Part shown: positions 59,349 to 64,000 of the stretch, in pieces
Layout: the number at the start of each line of letters is the position of its first letter
Position numbering within the stretch: position 1 is the stretch's first letter
DNA from: Verrucomicrobiales bacterium
Lineage (GTDB): Bacteria; Verrucomicrobiota; Verrucomicrobiia; Limisphaerales; JAYPXF01
Assembly: GCA_002715965.1 (NCBI GenBank)
Contig: PBAL01000099.1
Location: 65,749 to 129,748 of the forward strand
Reading direction: 5' to 3'
Length of the DNA: 64,000 nt
Program-made: the position numbers and the translations under genes
Notes under the pieces: model-generated
Database searches by the model: none
What the model saw: the letters and a program-made list of their open reading frames with translations, nothing else
Told to the model about the DNA's origin: nothing

Positions 59349-61259
59349 CTACTCAGTGACCGTCACAATCGCCTCGGACCATTCGCGGAGGTCGATGTCC
59401 TTGGATGAAACATCCGAGGTGATGATGTAGTTACCCGGTTTCACGTTCCCCGCGACTTCAACGACGAAGGGCAGTTCCGTCTTCCCACCGCCTTTCAAGT
59501 TCACCTTTTGTTTTCCTCGAATCAGTTTGAATCCCTCAGGCAGATTCAGCTTGAACGAGAAGTCACGGGCCTTTGGCGAGTGATTGTAGAACCGGAACTT
59601 GAAGGGGATTCGTTTGCCACCTTTGGTTTCCACCCCGTAGGGGTAGAACCACGCCCATTGTTCATCGATGCCGTAGTTGGCGTTGTCCCAGGGCACCAGG
59701 TCGCTGAGCATGTAGCGGCGCCGTTTGTAGCTGTCCTCCAGAAAATTCAGCTGGCCGTCGGTGTAGCTGAAGATGTAGGGGACGTGCTCGTTCATGAGAT
59801 AGAAGCGGTCCTTTGATCCCTGCATTTCGCGGATGATGTTGAAGCAGCGGAAATAGCCCGTGTCGTCGTGCATCAGGTTGCGATTCAGCACGCAGTAGTC
59901 ATCCATTCCCGATGGAGTGAATGCGTCGCCCACAAAGAAGATCTTTTTGGATCCGGGTTTTTCGACGAAGAGTGCGCCGTGATAGAGCGTCTGTCCCGGG
60001 AAGAAGCGGAAGGTCAGGGTGTACTCGTGCCATTTCATGACGGCCCCGTCTTTTTTGCCGATGACTTCCTTGATGGCGAAGGGCGTGCCGGCGGGCATGT
60101 GATAGGCGCCGGGTTTTTCAAGGATATCCTCGTACTCCACGGTCGAATAGACGGGACACTTGAATTCCTCCGCGGCGCGCTGGACATAGTGTGTGTGATC
60201 CCCATGATAATGAGTCACAAACAGCCCTTCCACCTTCGTGACAACACCGTCCTTCATCAGCCCCTTCACAAAGTCGATGTAACGTTCGCTGCCACAATCG
60301 AGGAGGAAAGCAGCTCCGCTTTCAGAAACGATCACGCGGGTCGTTCCCGTGTTGATCACCCACTCGGGGAGATCTTCATGATGTGAGTACGGCATCAATG
60401 AGTAATTCGCACCTTCGCCAAGAATTCGGTCGGCACAGGCCTTCATTCGGTCCTCCTTGAAGTACCAGTAGAGCGCATTGGTGGAGAGGTAGTTGCGATA
60501 CATCGCCTTGATCCGGCCGATCAGTCTCTTGATCGACCCTTGAACGTCACGGATGACCGGACCGCGGGCGGGGATGATCAAGTCGGGATTCAGTTCCGCA
60601 ATTCTTTCCAGACTCACGATGAGTTCAGCCAGGCGCGATCCGTATCCGTGGTAACCGCCGATCTTTGCCGCGGGAATGCGATCCTGAAAGCTGTAGAGAT
60701 CGAAGATCTTTCCATCCCCATAAATCAGGTCGCCGGTGAACGCGACCTTCTTGCCATCGATTTTGGCTAGGTAGGAAACGGCATCCCGGGTGAAACCAGG
60801 CGTGTCGAAGACCTTTATGTCGATGCCGCTGAAGGAAACCGTGTCGCCTTCCGTCACCCCGCGCGAAACCGGGAATGGCCTACGGATCATCTTGGTCGTT
60901 TGCTGTGCGGCGTCCTTGAGCCGAATCTTGATGAAGTCTTCCCACTGCTTGCCGGGTTCCTCGAAGTACTTCCGTTCCTTTTCGGGGACCACCAGTTTGG
61001 CCCCGGCATCCACCAACTCACGTGCCACCCAGACCACGTCGCGTCGGTGATGCGTTGCCAATACCGTATCGACCGTCCGAGTGTGCGCCCGTGGATCGCC
61101 GTAAACCGCGAGGCGCTTCTCGCCCTTCGTGACGATCGCCCCGTTGATTGCGCCCGGGTGAAATTCAAGGCTGGGACTCAATCGCTCGGCCCGGGAGAAT
61201 TGAGTTGCGGACAGAAGTATGGCGACGACGAGGATTCGCGGAAGCGTGTGGCTGGACAT
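59349..61259 (-). CDS. Exported tandem metallo-beta-lactamase-fold protein with C-terminal Ig-like domain
   Basis: First domain THHRRD/TPGFT/FTGD, second domain THYHGDH/FPGQTLYH/FVGD. Confidence 0.88.
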   Translation of the reverse strand: MSSHTLPRILVVAILLSATQFSRAERLSPSLEFHPGAINGAIVTKGEKRLAVYGDPRAHTRTVDTVLATHHRRDVVWVARELVDAGAKLVVPEKERKYFEEPGKQWEDFIKIRLKDAAQQTTKMIRRPFPVSRGVTEGDTVSFSGIDIKVFDTPGFTRDAVSYLAKIDGKKVAFTGDLIYGDGKIFDLYSFQDRIPAAKIGGYHGYGSRLAELIVSLERIAELNPDLIIPARGPVIRDVQGSIKRLIGRIKAMYRNYLSTNALYWYFKEDRMKACADRILGEGANYSLMPYSHHEDLPEWVINTGTTRVIVSESGAAFLLDCGSERYIDFVKGLMKDGVVTKVEGLFVTHYHGDHTHYVQRAAEEFKCPVYSTVEYEDILEKPGAYHMPAGTPFAIKEVIGKKDGAVMKWHEYTLTFRFFPGQTLYHGALFVEKPGSKKIFFVGDAFTPSGMDDYCVLNRNLMHDDTGYFRCFNIIREMQGSKDRFYLMNEHVPYIFSYTDGQLNFLEDSYKRRRYMLSDLVPWDNANYGIDEQWAWFYPYGVETKGGKRIPFKFRFYNHSPKARDFSFKLNLPEGFKLIRGKQKVNLKGGGKTELPFVVEVAGNVKPGNYIITSDVSSKDIDLREWSEAIVTVTE

Positions 61260-61362
61260 GGGCGGACATTAGCAAGTCACCGCGCGCAGGGAACAGAAAA
61301 GGAGGAGGTGCCGCTCACCATCAAGTCTTGGCAAGGCCGTGATCTGTCGTTAGTGACTTTCC

Positions 61363-62763
61363 GTGCCCAAGACATATTTCCTACCCCTGAACAAGCGGCC
61401 TTCCACCCGCAGGCAGTTCCTTGCGACCGGTGGTGCGTGCGCGGCCGGATTCGCAATCGGATGCCAGACACCGTCGCAGAAATCGTCCAAACCAGAGAAC
61501 AAGACCGTTCGCAAATCCAGGCCAAAGAAAGTCCGACTGGCGGGCATTGGGGTCGGTGGCAAGGGCGCGGTGGACATTGCGGGTTGCGCGAAGGCCGGTG
61601 CGGAGTTTGTGGCCTTGTGCGATATCGACAAGAAGCGCCTCGATGCCGCGAAGAAACGTTATCCACGTGCGAAGACGTTTACCGACTATCGCGAGATGTT
61701 GGAGGAGGTGAATGACATCCAGGGCGTAACGATCAGCACGCCGGATCATCATCACGCACCCGCAGCCATTCGGGCGATTGAGAAGGGTCTTTCGACTTTC
61801 GTTCAGAAACCACTGACGCACTCGATCCATGAGGCACGTATCTTGACGCTTGCCGCACGTCAGCATGGGGTTCAGACCTTGATGGGCAACCAGGGGCATT
61901 CGGGCAACGATGTCCGCAACTTCTGCGAATTGATCTGGGCTGGCGCGATCGGGCCGGTTCGTGAAGCGCACATCTGGACCAATCGACCCGTGTGGCCCCA
62001 GGCACTCGATCGTCCTACACGGCAGGACCCGGTACCGGACTGGTTGGATTGGGAAGGCTTTCTTGGACCGGCCCGCTGGCGTCCCTACGTCGGACCGGGC
62101 GAAGGCTCGCGCGGACGTGGCGCCTACAATCCCTTCAACTGGCGCGGCTGGTGGGATTTTGGCACCGGCGCCCTGGGCGACATGGCATGTCACCTGATGG
62201 ACCCGGCTGTGTGGGCGCTCAAATTGGGTGTACCCGATACCGTCGAGGCTGGGAGTGAAGGCGCGAACGACGAGACCGGACCCGAGTGGTCAATCATCAC
62301 CTATGAGTTCCCGTCACGTGGTGAAATGCCTCCGGTCAAGGTGGTCTGGTATGACGGCGGCAAGAAGCCGAGCAATGAATTGCTTGGCTTGAAGAAAGAC
62401 GAAGAATCTCCGGCCAACGGTTCCTTGTTCATCGGAGACGCCGGGAAGCTGACCTGCGGAACCTACGGTGGCAGTCCACAGTTCACGCCCGATTCGAAGG
62501 TGCAACGTTTTCCAAAGCCCGACCAGCTACTGGAACGATCACCCGGGCATTACCGCGAGTTCGTGGGCGCGATCAACGGCAAGCCATTGGGCAATGCCTC
62601 GAACTTCGATTTCGCCGGCCCCTTCACCGAAATGGTGCTTCTCGGCAACCTCGCGATTCGCACCGGCCGCAAGGTGGAATGGGATACAGTGGAATTGAAC
62701 GCGACGAACATGGATGTCTCACACCTGGTGAAGCGTGAATACCGCGACGGCTGGGATGTTTGA
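61363..62763 (+). CDS. Tat-exported Gfo/Idh/MocA oxidoreductase
   Basis: TRRQFL, GIGVGGKG, STPDHHHA, VQKPLTH, WRGWWDFGTGALGDMACH. Exact start uncertain. Confidence 0.94.
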   Translation: MPKTYFLPLNKRPSTRRQFLATGGACAAGFAIGCQTPSQKSSKPENKTVRKSRPKKVRLAGIGVGGKGAVDIAGCAKAGAEFVALCDIDKKRLDAAKKRYPRAKTFTDYREMLEEVNDIQGVTISTPDHHHAPAAIRAIEKGLSTFVQKPLTHSIHEARILTLAARQHGVQTLMGNQGHSGNDVRNFCELIWAGAIGPVREAHIWTNRPVWPQALDRPTRQDPVPDWLDWEGFLGPARWRPYVGPGEGSRGRGAYNPFNWRGWWDFGTGALGDMACHLMDPAVWALKLGVPDTVEAGSEGANDETGPEWSIITYEFPSRGEMPPVKVVWYDGGKKPSNELLGLKKDEESPANGSLFIGDAGKLTCGTYGGSPQFTPDSKVQRFPKPDQLLERSPGHYREFVGAINGKPLGNASNFDFAGPFTEMVLLGNLAIRTGRKVEWDTVELNATNMDVSHLVKREYRDGWDV

Positions 62764-62828
62764 CCGAAGTGTCGGGGTGACCCAGCATTGACCTTTACCG
62801 GGCCGGGCTGAGTGCCTACGTTGCGCAG

Positions 62829-63668
62829 GTGCCGGAAACGTCAGTCCAGAACGCTGAACCGATGTCGCTGATCGGGCGCTACTTTGCGTTCGTGGCGCGC
62901 AGTTGTGCGTATATCAAGGACACGGTGCGAAGCGTGGGTGCGTTTGCGCTCATTACGCTCGGGGTGACATTCACGAAATTTGGAGAATCGCGTCAGGTCA
63001 TCTGGCCGTTGATCCGCAAGCAGATTGCCCGCGCGGGAGTCAGGCTGCTTCCAGCAAGCATCTTTCTGGGCAGCGTGTTGGGTCTGGCGATTATCGGACA
63101 GATGGTCTCGCTGCTGACTCGGGTGGGCGCGATCGATGTCATTGGCAAAGTGATGGAAACCGTGGTCGTTCGTGAACTGGGTCCGCTGGCCGCAGCTTTG
63201 ATGGTGCTGGGTCGCGTCGGCACGGCCACCGTGATCGAGCTGGGAACGAAGCGAGCGCAGGGTGAAGTGGAGGCTCTGGAGGCGTTGGGGATCGATCCGG
63301 TGCATTACCTGGTGGTTCCACGGGTGGTGGGACTGGCGTTCTCGATTTTTTCACTCACCGTGTATCTGATCATCACGGTCATCGTGAGTGGTTTCCTCTT
63401 CGCGTTCCTGACCGATGTGCCGATTGAACCGGAGGTTTATTTCGGTCAGATCGTCGACAATATTTCGTACCAGGATTTCATCTTTCTTGCGATCAAGACG
63501 CTCTTGTTTGGAACAATCATCGCCGTGGTCACCTGTTATCACGGCCTCGCTCAACCCATTCGTCTGGAGCACGTTTCCATCGCTGCCAATCACGCGGTCA
63601 GCCAATCGGTCATCGCCTGCCTGTTGTTGAACGCGGTCTTCGTCGTCAGCTACATCGTCACCTCGTGA
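62829..63668 (+). CDS. mlaE: MlaE-family ABC transporter permease
   Basis: VVRELGPLAAALMVLGRVG..ELG..EVEALEALGIDPVHYLVVPRV. Confidence 0.9.
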   Translation: MPETSVQNAEPMSLIGRYFAFVARSCAYIKDTVRSVGAFALITLGVTFTKFGESRQVIWPLIRKQIARAGVRLLPASIFLGSVLGLAIIGQMVSLLTRVGAIDVIGKVMETVVVRELGPLAAALMVLGRVGTATVIELGTKRAQGEVEALEALGIDPVHYLVVPRVVGLAFSIFSLTVYLIITVIVSGFLFAFLTDVPIEPEVYFGQIVDNISYQDFIFLAIKTLLFGTIIAVVTCYHGLAQPIRLEHVSIAANHAVSQSVIACLLLNAVFVVSYIVTS

Positions 63669-64000
63669 GTTTGGAAAACGGCCAATCGATTGTGCAATTG
63701 CGCGAAGCAAGCATCGCGCTTTCCGACCATCGCAGCTTGAAGGTGGACAACTGGACGCTTTTACCGGGCGAGTTCTGGGTGGTCGGCGGATTGAATTGGA
63801 CTGGAAAGACCGAATGGCTCATGACCGCGGCCGGCCTGCAACCGGTTGGTGCGGGTCAACAATCCATCTTCGGAACACCGCTGACTCGATTGACCAGCGC
63901 CGAGCGCATCGCGAACCGTCGGCGCATGGGCTTTGTCTTCGAACACACCGGGCGATTGTTTGCTGAACTCTCAGTCGCCGAGAATGTGATGCTTCCCTTG
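63665..64000 (+). CDS. ABC transporter ATP-binding protein (MlaF-like), runs off the window
   Basis: GTG overlaps the mlaE stop. Manual translation gives GGLNWTGKT (Walker A) and RMGFVFE..LFAELSVAENVMLPL. Not in the ORF track. Confidence 0.85.
   Translation, partial: MSLENGQSIVQLREASIALSDHRSLKVDNWTLLPGEFWVVGGLNWTGKTEWLMTAAGLQPVGAGQQSIFGTPLTRLTSAERIANRRRMGFVFEHTGRLFAELSVAENVMLPL

Noticed and set aside
63761..63946. 61-aa minus-strand ORF at the window end
   Set aside because: It is antisense to the partial ABC ATP-binding gene.
1..64000. CRISPR array, rRNA, tRNA, prophage or intact IS
   Set aside because: I saw no regularly spaced repeat-spacer units, no cas, phage or complete transposase genes, and no recognisable structural RNA motifs.

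Overview
GC-rich (about 60% by eye) chromosomal window from a PVC-superphylum bacterium, most likely Verrucomicrobiota. The basis is two PSCyt/DUF1549-DUF1553 + DUF1501 pairs, sulfatases, Tat-exported Gfo/Idh/MocA and TIM-barrel proteins, and a prenyltransferase-repeat operon. Housekeeping and envelope genes include accD, lpxK, lptD, coaD and an mlaE-type permease with a partial ATP-binding gene. I found no rRNA, tRNA, CRISPR array, prophage or intact IS. The most striking item is an intact ~593-605 aa membrane protein (44977-46794, just upstream of lptD). It appears colinear, helix by helix, with membrane-integral pyrophosphatases (HppA family) but lacks all three cytoplasmic catalytic loop motifs, so it is a candidate catalytically dead pump-derived scaffold. 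Other signals: about nine gene remnants, several with internal deletions that keep the termini (Clp ATPase, heme-binding dehydrogenase, sigma-54 activator, MOSC, beta-barrel tail, DUF1080, Hpt, IS1380, one frameshifted gene); several dispersed REP-like repeat families; and a recurring -10-box/6-7 nt/start-codon layout that suggests leaderless mRNAs. All family assignments come from motif recognition by eye and from memory, not from database searches.
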